From UHGV virus genome UHGV-1430915: a DNA stretch of 64,000 bases; one strand, given 5' to 3'. Under the pieces are notes generated by a model that was not told where the DNA came from, did no database searches, and was given only the letters and a program-made list of their open reading frames with translations. Source of the stretch: a virus. The translations under genes and the position numbers were made by a program. Every line of letters starts with the position of its first letter. Within the stretch, counting starts at the first letter, position 1. Below, piece after piece: positions 19,443 through 27,909 of this stretch.

Positions 19443-19631
19443 TCAACAGATTCCGGCCTTATCCTTCCTGTCTGCGTATTCTTTAATCGCAACCTCACCT
19501 GCATTGGTAACCAGATCTTCAAAGTAATTCTCAAGCTCCTCGTCAATGTCCGGTGACCAGCTCTTTTTCCTGTCAGTGTGAATTGCAGACTTGTTGAACT
19601 TATTACAATTCTTTGCTACCGGATTGTTCAT
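19443..19631 (-). CDS. hypothetical protein
   Basis: 62-aa ORF. Confidence 0.3.
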   Translation of the reverse strand: MNNPVAKNCNKFNKSAIHTDRKKSWSPDIDEELENYFEDLVTNAGEVAIKEYADRKDKAGIC

Positions 19632-19641
19632 TAAGCTCTCC

Positions 19642-20220
19642 TCAACGTTCGTAGTAAATCTTATTCAACATTACCTCATCGTTTGCAGAAAGGATATCAA
19701 GATATGCATCACCAAATCTGCCTGCAACAACCTCTGCATGATACATCACTTCGTTAACATCGTCAAGAGTGATAACAGGATGACCATATCTTTCTGAATA
19801 TTGTCTCAGTGTGCGATGCAACGAGTCGTCATCATATGCAGACTTTTTAATATCACAAACACGACGAATGGCCTTGATGTCGAAAAAACCTGTGCGATAC
19901 CACCCAAGAAAAAAGTTCCGTGTAGTGTCAACATCTACATCAATACCATTAAGAACCTTATCTACAAGATAGCTGTCATCCTTTGGACTAGCGTCCTTAG
20001 TGCGAATGTAGTTGCCATCTTTTCCAGGTGATAGCTCCTTCTCATCACCAACCTGCATGCCATCATTTGGCGGTGTTAGCCACTTATCAGGATGCTTACG
20101 ATCACGAGCGTTAGAATGATTACGCTGGAAACCTGGCTTCCACTTGAAAGTTTTCTCCATCTGTTCTTCATTCTGATAACGTTTTGCAATCTTTTCGCTG
20201 GCATCTTTGCGTGAACTCAT
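19642..20220 (-). CDS. hypothetical protein
   Basis: 192-aa ORF with AGGAGG RBS. Confidence 0.5.
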   Translation of the reverse strand: MSSRKDASEKIAKRYQNEEQMEKTFKWKPGFQRNHSNARDRKHPDKWLTPPNDGMQVGDEKELSPGKDGNYIRTKDASPKDDSYLVDKVLNGIDVDVDTTRNFFLGWYRTGFFDIKAIRRVCDIKKSAYDDDSLHRTLRQYSERYGHPVITLDDVNEVMYHAEVVAGRFGDAYLDILSANDEVMLNKIYYER

Positions 20221-20344
20221 AGCAGCCTCCTCTTCAAGTTATAGAAAAACTCACTGTATCGCTTTGTAACGAGCTTTTCTATCAAACTGGTGCGATTGCC
20301 TTACTTGGTATAGTTTATATAGCTGTGGAGCGATTTAGGGGCCT

Positions 20345-20590
20345 TCTTGTCAGTTTCCACACATAACTTTATCCGAACTCGCGCGGGAGGCTCTCAACCG
20401 ACTCCTTCCGGCGCTGGCAAGCTTTCGTCGGTGGTCCACATTAGTGCTCGGCCTTTGGCCTGCGCTATCGCTTCGCTCCCACACATGTTAACAGTCCTGC
20501 ATGTATGCACTTCTGTTATTGTGTGCACTATGGAGGCCCGGCATCTCGCCCCCCCGTAGGCGAGTGCCAATGAAGGGCCGACACTACCCA
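20345..20590. repeat. GC-rich noncoding element, copy B
   Basis: Diverged duplicate of element A in same orientation; ORFs through it look spurious. Confidence 0.4.
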
Positions 20591-20723
20591 TAATAAGTAA
20601 TAAATTTAAAACATGGTACTTAGGATCTAGTATATTCTACATAAGTTAAGTATATGTACTTTAGTACCATAAGTACTAGATCTTTTATTTTTATTATTTA
20701 GTTATTTTAGTTATATTCTTTAT

Positions 20724-20806
20724 GTGTCCGTATCACGGACAGTTAGTGTCCGTATTACGGGCAGATGTGTCCGCGTGACGGACAGTAGTGTCCGTATCAC
20801 GGACAG
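20724..20806. repeat. iteron/operator array: four tandem palindromic units GTGTCCGT-ATC-ACGGACAG (period 21-22 bp)
   Basis: Four copies starting at 20724, 20746, 20767, 20788; units 1 and 4 identical; each has 7-bp inverted arms; adjacent AT-rich block with nested inverted repeats at about 20600-20700. Confidence 0.6.
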
Positions 20807-20880
20807 TTACTAACCTCTGTTCCAGAGTGAACATAAAACATACAAATCCTTATAGTACAGATGTTTAAGTTTTTACTGGT

Positions 20881-21231
20881 CTAACCAGTTGTTGACATTC
20901 GAATAACTTCTTCTGGTGGCAAAACTTTGGAAAATGTGCATCTTTTACCTCTCCCTTGTGTGGATATTTCAACCACTCCTGCACATTCTAAAGTTTTAAC
21001 GCACGCTGCTGCTTTTGTTTTCTTTATCCCAACATCTGCTGCAATTTTCCTTGTGCTTGGTGTGAAGCGTGAATTTTCTCCAAGCTTATACCAGTTGTGC
21101 AGGTAGCAGTATACGATCTTGTCATATAAGTCAAGAACAACAACCTCCCCAGTTGTGTCATTCAAAACTTTTGACATAGACAGTATTTCAAGGGGGACTT
21201 TAAGATATAGCAGCTTATCCCCATCTTTCAT
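20881..21231 (-). CDS. putative HTH DNA-binding protein
   Basis: 116-aa ORF ending just before iteron array; helix-turn-helix-like segment TRKIAADVGIKKTKAAACVKTLECAG. Confidence 0.4.
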   Translation of the reverse strand: MKDGDKLLYLKVPLEILSMSKVLNDTTGEVVVLDLYDKIVYCYLHNWYKLGENSRFTPSTRKIAADVGIKKTKAAACVKTLECAGVVEISTQGRGKRCTFSKVLPPEEVIRMSTTG

Positions 21232-21278
21232 ATCTCCTGATTCTCCTTGTGTGGCAATTTTCTTTAAAATAGCAGGGA

Positions 21279-21833
21279 TTACTCCCCGCTGTCAATAGCA
21301 AGACTCATTGCAATACGGTATGCCTCTTCTAATGGTAAGAGTCTCCCCCACACATCCCAACCGACATCAAACTGCCTGCCAAACAACTGCTGTGTGGTTC
21401 CGTGAGCATGACCGAACAGTTGGACTGATCCGTGAGGCTTTCTGTTCCACTTTGCAAACTGGTAATGGCTCATACAGATCAAATTCTTGTTGTGGCGAAG
21501 CTCGTAATAATCTACAACCTCATGACCGAACTCTTTCATAATTCTGACAGTCGTCCTTGTGTCATGGTTACCACGAACAAGAATAATATGTCCGTTCAAC
21601 ATATTTAGAACATCTGGAAGCAATTTGTTGATATTCTTATCATTAGTGCACGCAATATCCCCCAAGTGAAACACAGTGTCTGCAGGTGACACAACAGAGT
21701 TCCACTTGGTGATGATTCCCGCATTCATACTGTCAAGATTGTGATCATACTGAGATCTGTGTTTTTGACATGAGTCGAACTCCATTACCCGCTGGTGGAG
21801 AAAGTGTGTGTCGCTTGTTACAAAGTATTTCAT
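21279..21833 (-). CDS. calcineurin-like metallophosphoesterase (putative RNA 3-prime phosphatase / phosphoesterase)
   Basis: Motifs SDTHF, GDIA, GNHD, GHAH typical of binuclear metallophosphatases; start set at MKYFVTSDTHF. Confidence 0.65.
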   Translation of the reverse strand: MKYFVTSDTHFLHQRVMEFDSCQKHRSQYDHNLDSMNAGIITKWNSVVSPADTVFHLGDIACTNDKNINKLLPDVLNMLNGHIILVRGNHDTRTTVRIMKEFGHEVVDYYELRHNKNLICMSHYQFAKWNRKPHGSVQLFGHAHGTTQQLFGRQFDVGWDVWGRLLPLEEAYRIAMSLAIDSGE

Positions 21834-21840
21834 ACATTCC

Positions 21841-22251
21841 TCATTTAAGTTTAATGCAGTTTTTAAGCTGGCGTTCCATACGATCCACAACCCTGTCTGG
21901 AACATCATGAATGCTTTTATTACCATGGCGGTTTTCAACCACGATCACGGTATAACTATATCCATGACTGATCGCCATGTCAATATATTCTTGCACATAT
22001 TTTTCTTTTGTAAACGTATTACTTACCACGATACGGTCGTAGCCCATACGCATCATATCTTCTACGTTATCTTTGCACCATTTTGCTGCAAGTGTTACTT
22101 TACTTGCATCCCAATTGTAATTGCCGTCATCGTCGTACCAGAACATATCGTTCTCAAAATGTGGATACAGACCTTCTAAAGATAGCGCATTTGCCAGTGT
22201 TGATTTGCCAGACCCTGGTAGACCACGCACGATATATAGCATTTTAGACAT
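21841..22251 (-). CDS. polynucleotide 5-prime kinase (Pnk-like P-loop kinase)
   Basis: Walker A GLPGSGKST; C-terminal region resembles T4 Pnkp kinase domain (HG..SIHDVP..V..RM); start at MSKML with RBS. Confidence 0.65.
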   Translation of the reverse strand: MSKMLYIVRGLPGSGKSTLANALSLEGLYPHFENDMFWYDDDGNYNWDASKVTLAAKWCKDNVEDMMRMGYDRIVVSNTFTKEKYVQEYIDMAISHGYSYTVIVVENRHGNKSIHDVPDRVVDRMERQLKNCIKLK

Positions 22252-22279
22252 AGTAACTCTCCGTTTTAATTTTAATGAT

Positions 22280-22308
22280 AGTATACCTAACTGTTTTGTT
22301 AATTTCAA
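22280..22308 (-). promoter_or_regulatory. sigma70-like promoter (minus strand) TTGAAA-N17-TATACT
   Basis: Upstream of kinase-phosphatase operon, back to back with plus-strand TTGACA at 22312-22317. Confidence 0.45.
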
Positions 22309-22351
22309 GTGTTGACACCAAGTTATTTGTGTGGCAGGATAAAGGGACAAA

Positions 22352-23287
22352 ATGACAAATGAGGAATGTATAATGAAGTATTTTAATGCAGACGACCTAG
22401 TTGACAAAGGTCTTGTAACCAGCAGATATTACCCGGATCTTGGGTTAAAGATCTATAAATATGCCAGAAAAGTATTCTACAACAATTTATGGCATTTGTC
22501 TCCTCGTTTGCTGGAGTGCCGAGGCATTGTTGTCGGTAATGAAGGAAATGTTGTGGCATGGCCCTTCACAAAAGTGTTTAACTTGGGAGAAAATTCCACC
22601 AACCTGCCTGACAATAAACTTGTGACGGCGGTAGAGAAAAAGAACGGATTCCTTGGTGTGGTATCATCTCATAAAGGTGAACTATTGTTCTCAACAACCG
22701 GGTCTCTTGATTCTCCATATTGTAACCTTGCAAAGGAAACAATCCAGGAGCAATGTGGTAATTTAGATCTTATCAAGAGGGTTATGGGCCATGAAAACAT
22801 GACATTCATGTTTGAAATTTGTCACCCTTCAGATCCGCATATTGTTCAGGAAGATCATGGCGCATATTTGATAGGTTGCAGATATAATGATTCTGGAATA
22901 ATGCTACCAGAAGCAGCTTTAGATGGGATTGCCAAATACCTTGGTGCAAAACGTCCTCACACTGTGCGTGAAATTCCGTTCAGCTATGCAAAAGAATTAG
23001 CTGCAGAAACAAGAGGTGAAGGGTATATGATTCGTAAGCCTTACTACCCTTATGATCTGCAGCTGAAGATCAAGTCTCCATACTATTTGGCACGGAAGGC
23101 CGTAATGAGGGGTAAAGCTTGGAAGATTTGGGATGATGATATCTTTAAACGTGTTGACGAAGAGTTTTATGGCATGGTAAACTTCATTCGTAGCAATTAC
23201 ACAGAAGATGTGTGGAACTGCCTCCTGGAGCAAGAACGTCGTGAGATACTTGACTGCTATTTCCACAACGAGGACTATATGCAATGA
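22352..23287 (+). CDS. RNA ligase, Rnl1 (T4 RnlA) family
   Basis: Blocks LECRGI, KVFNLGEN, KKNGFLG, STTGSL align with T4 Rnl1 LECRGI, KFFNLNEN, KEDGSL, KSKGSI; motif I has Asn in place of Asp. Confidence 0.65.
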   Translation: MTNEECIMKYFNADDLVDKGLVTSRYYPDLGLKIYKYARKVFYNNLWHLSPRLLECRGIVVGNEGNVVAWPFTKVFNLGENSTNLPDNKLVTAVEKKNGFLGVVSSHKGELLFSTTGSLDSPYCNLAKETIQEQCGNLDLIKRVMGHENMTFMFEICHPSDPHIVQEDHGAYLIGCRYNDSGIMLPEAALDGIAKYLGAKRPHTVREIPFSYAKELAAETRGEGYMIRKPYYPYDLQLKIKSPYYLARKAVMRGKAWKIWDDDIFKRVDEEFYGMVNFIRSNYTEDVWNCLLEQERREILDCYFHNEDYMQ

Positions 23288-23634
23288 AGAAGTTGATTGT
23301 GTGGCTGGATGACTTGAGAGATCCGTCAAATTATGGGCTCCCAGATGCTCTTTGGCTAAAGAATTCCTCTGAGTTTATGGATTTTATTAACGATAAGGGA
23401 AAGCTCTACAGGCGCGTTTCTGAGTGGCACATGGACAACGATCTTGGAGAGGTATTTGAAGGGTACGATTGCCTATCTATGTTGGAGGAAAAATTTGTAT
23501 TTGGTAAGCCTCCTGTAGTTGACAACGTGAAGATTTTCGTGCATACTTCTAACCCATCAGCGGCTCGTAAATTCATGATTGCTGCTGACTCGTTTAAAAA
23601 GTTTGGAATAGAGATTAAACAAAACATCTACTGA
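23284..23634 (+). CDS. hypothetical protein, translationally coupled to RNA ligase (possible receiver-like fold)
   Basis: ATGA overlap with RNA ligase stop; N-terminal LIVWLDD acidic pair; no confident family assignment. Confidence 0.5.
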   Translation: MKKLIVWLDDLRDPSNYGLPDALWLKNSSEFMDFINDKGKLYRRVSEWHMDNDLGEVFEGYDCLSMLEEKFVFGKPPVVDNVKIFVHTSNPSAARKFMIAADSFKKFGIEIKQNIY

Positions 23635-23642
23635 GGACACTT

Positions 23643-24404
23643 ATGCGACGACTGATCATTATCTCCGGTGCTGGTTTGAGCGCTGAATCTGGTATCCCCA
23701 CTTTCCGATCTGGTGGCACTGCAATGTGGGAGAATTTCAGCATCGATGAGGTGTGTAACATCCACACCTTTGCCAAGAACTACTATAAGGTGCATGACTT
23801 TTACAATGCACGGCGTGTAGCTCTGGGCAGTGTTGATCCTAACCTTGCACATCTCCGGATCGCTGAGTGGTATTCACGCTGGTCTGGTCGTGTGATCAAC
23901 CTGACAACCAATGTAGATGATTTGCTGGAGCGTGCTGGTGTAAAACATGAAGATATTTTACATGTCCACGGATATTTGCCAGAAATAGTCTACGAGGATG
24001 ATGAAGGGAGTAACGTCATTAAAGACATTGGATACTCTGAGGTAGACGCAAGCAAGTATACTTGGGTTAAGCCTAATGTAGTGTTTTTCGGAGAAGTAGC
24101 TCCAAAGTATACAGACATGTATGACCTGTTGACTTCTCTGACGAGCAATGATATGGTTATCCTTGTAGGGTGCTCCAACACAGTTATCAATTTTAACTGG
24201 GAGCTATTCCCTGCCTGTAATAAGGGAACCAAACTGCTGATCGTTAACAAATACGACTCACAGCATTTAGGGGAGAATGGCATTTCACGTAGTGACATTT
24301 ACCAGTATGAGGATCGCGGCATCCCAGTTTGGTTTAACGGGGCGGTTGACGCTTTCTCTGATAAAACATTTATTGACATCGTAGAAAACTTTATGGAACT
24401 GTAA
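23643..24404 (+). CDS. Sir2-family NAD-dependent protein (sirtuin-like)
   Basis: Canonical sirtuin motifs GAGLSAESGIPTFRS, TTNVDDLLE, catalytic-His block LHVHG, VKPNVVFFGE, ILVGCSNTV; no zinc-ribbon Cys pairs. Confidence 0.8.
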   Translation: MRRLIIISGAGLSAESGIPTFRSGGTAMWENFSIDEVCNIHTFAKNYYKVHDFYNARRVALGSVDPNLAHLRIAEWYSRWSGRVINLTTNVDDLLERAGVKHEDILHVHGYLPEIVYEDDEGSNVIKDIGYSEVDASKYTWVKPNVVFFGEVAPKYTDMYDLLTSLTSNDMVILVGCSNTVINFNWELFPACNKGTKLLIVNKYDSQHLGENGISRSDIYQYEDRGIPVWFNGAVDAFSDKTFIDIVENFMEL

Positions 24405-24418
24405 GCGGAGGCCTTTTA

Positions 24419-25132
24419 ATGCTGAATACTAAACTGATCGACAACCTGGAAAAACTGTCTCAGCCTGAAAACTACCTTTGGTCTGCCAACTGGGTGGAAA
24501 ATTGGAACCGTGTAGCAGCTAAAGTGAAAAAATCATACACACCATTCGAACTTCAGCTGAGTTTCATTGAGGAAGAGTTCAATGAAGTTTTGGAAGAGTT
24601 GGAGAAAGGTGATGGTGGGGATCATCTCCTAAAAGAGGCCTGCGATCTTCACGTTGTCACAAGTTATGCCGCTTATCTTGTTAACGATAACCATGAAAAG
24701 TGGTCAAACCTGTTTGATAATCCGCGAGGTCTTAAGTTTAAGATCGGTGAATTTTATGATACACTGATCGCTGCGAAAAATACCTCTAAGCAAAGAGCGT
24801 CCGCTTACCGCTTAGCAGAGCTGTCAACGGCTTTACTGTTCCAGCTTCGCGGTGATGTGTGCGGGATGATGCGGAAGGTTCTAAAATCTAATGACAGCAA
24901 GTTTGCACGTGTCAACCATCTGCGGCATTCACACGGTGCCAGTGCAGATATGCCTGCTGAACAACTCATCGAGTTGGAGATTAAAGATCTTGAGCGACGC
25001 TTTGATGGTCGCTATGAAGGTTTTGTTGCTAAAGAAGAATTCTACAACGGAAATAAAGTTATCATATTCCTCGACAGTAAAGGTAAGATTATGAAGCCTT
25101 CAAGCTTCAAGGATGTAACAGAATATATTTAA
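24419..25132 (+). CDS. possible MazG-like nucleotide pyrophosphohydrolase
   Basis: Acidic helix IEEEFNEVLEELEKGD and EACDLHVV reminiscent of MazG/HisE all-alpha NTP pyrophosphatases; weak. Confidence 0.4.
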   Translation: MLNTKLIDNLEKLSQPENYLWSANWVENWNRVAAKVKKSYTPFELQLSFIEEEFNEVLEELEKGDGGDHLLKEACDLHVVTSYAAYLVNDNHEKWSNLFDNPRGLKFKIGEFYDTLIAAKNTSKQRASAYRLAELSTALLFQLRGDVCGMMRKVLKSNDSKFARVNHLRHSHGASADMPAEQLIELEIKDLERRFDGRYEGFVAKEEFYNGNKVIIFLDSKGKIMKPSSFKDVTEYI

Positions 25133-25196
25133 TAACATAGCCGGGGCGATCCCGGCTTTACTTGTTTCGGAAAGTATGCAAGTGAGGTAGAAAGTT

Positions 25197-25505
25197 ATGT
25201 ACAAGCACTCCAGAGATCTTGAAAACGATGATGTGTTTGGGGATCAGATGAAAGAATTGGTTAAACTTATAGGTAGGATAGAGGATAAGTTTGACACTAA
25301 GATCTACATCGACAGCAAAGTATTCAACCACAAAATATGGACAAATCTGTGTGTTGGACTGCATGGAGATAAAGATGTGGTAAATTTAGTTGTAATTAAG
25401 TTCATAGTGTGGCAGAATAAAACTATAAATTATTACGATCCACACCTACTTGTTTACCCGATAAAAGACCTATTAGAGAAGGAGGACTGCAATGCCGTTA
25501 TTTAA
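25197..25505 (+). CDS. hypothetical protein
   Basis: 102-aa ORF. Confidence 0.4.
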   Translation: MYKHSRDLENDDVFGDQMKELVKLIGRIEDKFDTKIYIDSKVFNHKIWTNLCVGLHGDKDVVNLVVIKFIVWQNKTINYYDPHLLVYPIKDLLEKEDCNAVI

Positions 25506-25761
25506 TCTTGCTAGACCTGTAGAAGCACACCAGTTTGACGGAAGCTCTTCATCAGTATCTGATCTGCAACGGTGGATTGATACAGGTGTGTTTACACCGT
25601 CACCTGTTCGGACCAGAGATATTCTTCGCATGTGTGAGCTTGTCGAGCCGTTTGGTAACCTGGTCTTGTACCAAGGGGATTGGTTAGTTGACTTTATGGG
25701 AGACTGGTTGGTAATGAGCAAAGAAGAGATGTTTAAAATTTTTAAGGAAGAGGCTGAGTAA
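25492..25761 (+). CDS. hypothetical protein
   Basis: 89-aa ORF, overlaps neighbours by a few nt. Confidence 0.4.
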   Translation: MPLFNLARPVEAHQFDGSSSSVSDLQRWIDTGVFTPSPVRTRDILRMCELVEPFGNLVLYQGDWLVDFMGDWLVMSKEEMFKIFKEEAE

Positions 25762-27044
25762 TGCATCAGATCAAAACAACACTGTACGCACTGAACAAAG
25801 ATGGCAGCTACCAACAGTGGAAAGTATTCACGGATGGTGATAAGGTTATCGTAGAGTTTGGCAAGCTTGATGGTAAACTGCAATACAAAGAGACGATCTG
25901 CACACCTAAGAACGTGGGTCGTGCCAATGAAACTACAGCTGAGCAACAGGCTGAGCTGGAAGCGATCAGTAAGTGGGAAAAACAAGTCCGTCTGGGGTAT
26001 GTTGAAAATATGGAAGATTGCGAGCAGGGTGTTGACCTTTTACCCATGTTGGTGCATGACTACCTGAAGCGTGGAAAGGCACTTAAATTACCTTGCTGGA
26101 TTTTGCGTAAGTTAGATGGCCTTCGTCTACTGGTTGTTTTCCAAAACGGTGAGCCTAAATTTATTTCCCGTGGTAATAAGTCCTACCCTATTCAAGGAAA
26201 GCTTCTGGAGCAACTTCGTTCTTTCCACTTCACCACCGGGATTAAACAGCTCGACGGAGAGATCTATATTCATGGTCTGCCTCTGCAGAAAATAGTGTCT
26301 CTTGCTAAACGTTGGCGCACACAGGAAGAGATTCAGGCCGAGATCGATAAAGACTACGAGGCAGATAAAAAACGCCGTCATGCCGCAATTAAGGCAGGCT
26401 TATCAACATACAAAAACTTCAATAAGGTAGATATTCCTGTTGATGTTGAGCCTGTTCGTGATGATTTGCGTTACGGAGGGTACTGTAGCTATGACTTAGA
26501 GTATCATATTTTCGACATCCCTAGTGACAAGGTATGGTGGGATCCAGAAACAGAATCTGGACGATGCAAGGATCTTATGGATGCAGAAGATACCATTACC
26601 ACCCTGATGCTTGACCATATCAAGGTTGTTGACGCAGAGCTTGCGTACACAGTTGATCATTGCGAAGAATCTGTTGGTGTATTCATGTCCGAAGGATATG
26701 AAGGTACTATCATGCGTAACTTCTGCGGTAAATATGAATATGGTCAGCGAACATCTGAAGCATTGAAATGGAAAAAGTTCAACGATGCTGAGGTGAAAGT
26801 TATTGACGTTGAGAAAGATAAGAATGATGAAGGTGTTCTTATCTGCGTTGACAAGGAAGGTATCGTTGTTAAAATGAAGATGAAAGGCACGCACGAGGAG
26901 CGTAGCTATGACAGGATGCAGGAAATGATCGGCAAGTTTGTCACCTTCAAATATCAAGCAAGGACAGAAGACAACAACTACCAATTCCCTGTCGGCATCT
27001 GCGTCCGAAATGTTAACCCTGACACTTGGGAGGTTCTGGAATGA
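25761..27044 (+). CDS. ATP-dependent DNA ligase
   Basis: Nucleotidyltransferase motif I KLDGLR, motif III-like EGYEGTIMRN, motif V LKWKKF; 427 aa. Confidence 0.7.
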   Translation: MHQIKTTLYALNKDGSYQQWKVFTDGDKVIVEFGKLDGKLQYKETICTPKNVGRANETTAEQQAELEAISKWEKQVRLGYVENMEDCEQGVDLLPMLVHDYLKRGKALKLPCWILRKLDGLRLLVVFQNGEPKFISRGNKSYPIQGKLLEQLRSFHFTTGIKQLDGEIYIHGLPLQKIVSLAKRWRTQEEIQAEIDKDYEADKKRRHAAIKAGLSTYKNFNKVDIPVDVEPVRDDLRYGGYCSYDLEYHIFDIPSDKVWWDPETESGRCKDLMDAEDTITTLMLDHIKVVDAELAYTVDHCEESVGVFMSEGYEGTIMRNFCGKYEYGQRTSEALKWKKFNDAEVKVIDVEKDKNDEGVLICVDKEGIVVKMKMKGTHEERSYDRMQEMIGKFVTFKYQARTEDNNYQFPVGICVRNVNPDTWEVLE

Positions 27045-27168
27045 TGTAGGAAGGTTTAGTAGGTAACGGTAGCCAATTGAATGATGGTTTTTCAATTGGC
27101 ACCTACATAACCACATTATGCAGTGTTGTTGATCGGGTTAGTTATGAGTAAATTGGAGAGTATGAAAA

Positions 27169-27639
27169 ATGAAACTTGATAAAAATGTTCAACGAAAAGC
27201 TTTCTTGGATATGATCGCATATTCAGAAGGTACAGATAATGGTAGACAACCTACCAAGGATCGGGGCTATGATGTCATAGTCGGTGGCAAGCTGTTTAGC
27301 GATTACAGTAAGCATCCAGGTGTGTACGTTAAGCTAAATGCTAAACTTACCTCCTCTGCTGCGGGGCGCTACCAAGTTTTGGAGAAGTTTGCTAAACACT
27401 ATATGAAACAGTTAGGATTACCAGATTTTGGCCCTGCCAGTCAGGATAAGATCGCACTACAATTGATCCGTGAGTGCAAGGCGCTCGATGATATTGATGA
27501 AGGTCGTATTCATCAGGCCATCCATCTTTGCAGATCCCGATGGGCAAGCCTTCCTGGTGCAGGGTATGGTCAGCACGAACAGAAGATCGAAAAGTTGATC
27601 GAGGTGTTTAAAAAGTCAGGCGGTGTTGTCCTAGATTAA
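27169..27639 (+). CDS. endolysin, lambda R-like lytic transglycosylase
   Basis: Near-colinear identity to lambda R across the protein (QRKAFLDM, SEGTDNGRQ, GYDVIVGG, AGRYQ, KQLGL, WASLPGAGYGQ). Confidence 0.85.
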   Translation: MKLDKNVQRKAFLDMIAYSEGTDNGRQPTKDRGYDVIVGGKLFSDYSKHPGVYVKLNAKLTSSAAGRYQVLEKFAKHYMKQLGLPDFGPASQDKIALQLIRECKALDDIDEGRIHQAIHLCRSRWASLPGAGYGQHEQKIEKLIEVFKKSGGVVLD

Positions 27640-27642
27640 TCA

Positions 27643-27671
27643 TTGACATGACCACACGGATGTGGTATTGT
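27643..27671 (+). promoter_or_regulatory. sigma70-like promoter TTGACA-N17-TATTGT with spacer hairpin CCACA-cgga-TGTGG
   Basis: Consensus -35, 17-nt spacer. Confidence 0.45.
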
Positions 27672-27702
27672 TACCCAGTAAAATGTTAAGGAGAGTTTAA
27701 CC

Positions 27703-27909
27703 ATGAAAGATTTTCTGTTGGCAATTTTATTCATGGCAGCATGCTTTGCCTGTGGTGTCGTGTTTGCAGGTGAAACAGCGTATCTTGTAGATGTATATCG
27801 GGACAATGGTAAACGTATTTGCCTTTATGAAACAAGCCAAGGTGAGCTCTACGAGCTTGTGAAACAAGGCGAGGCTGGATCTTGTCCTCGGACTCACTTC
27901 TTCGAATAA
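27703..27909 (+). CDS. small secreted/lipoprotein-like protein
   Basis: N-terminal hydrophobic segment with Cys (MAACFAC) then soluble domain; 68 aa. Confidence 0.4.
   Translation: MKDFLLAILFMAACFACGVVFAGETAYLVDVYRDNGKRICLYETSQGELYELVKQGEAGSCPRTHFFE

Noticed and set aside
20724-20806. Possible CRISPR array (tandem repeats)
   Set aside because: Only four units, each internally palindromic with 2-3 bp between them and no spacers of CRISPR length; consistent with iterons or operators, not CRISPR. The 15-bp-period repeats at 60794-60847 are likewise too short and spacer-less.
21800-21905. Apparent 1-nt disagreement between my manual position counting and the ORF-track coordinates around the kinase/phosphatase junction
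   Set aside because: The shift is confined to this stretch and vanishes on either side, so it is most likely my miscount of the printed sequence rather than a frameshift or pseudogene; feature coordinates here follow the ORF track.
27040-27110. Hairpin GCCAATTGA-N12-TCAATTGGC after the DNA ligase gene as a terminator
   Set aside because: 9-bp perfect stem but no downstream T-run; recorded as a possible regulatory hairpin only, not annotated as terminator.
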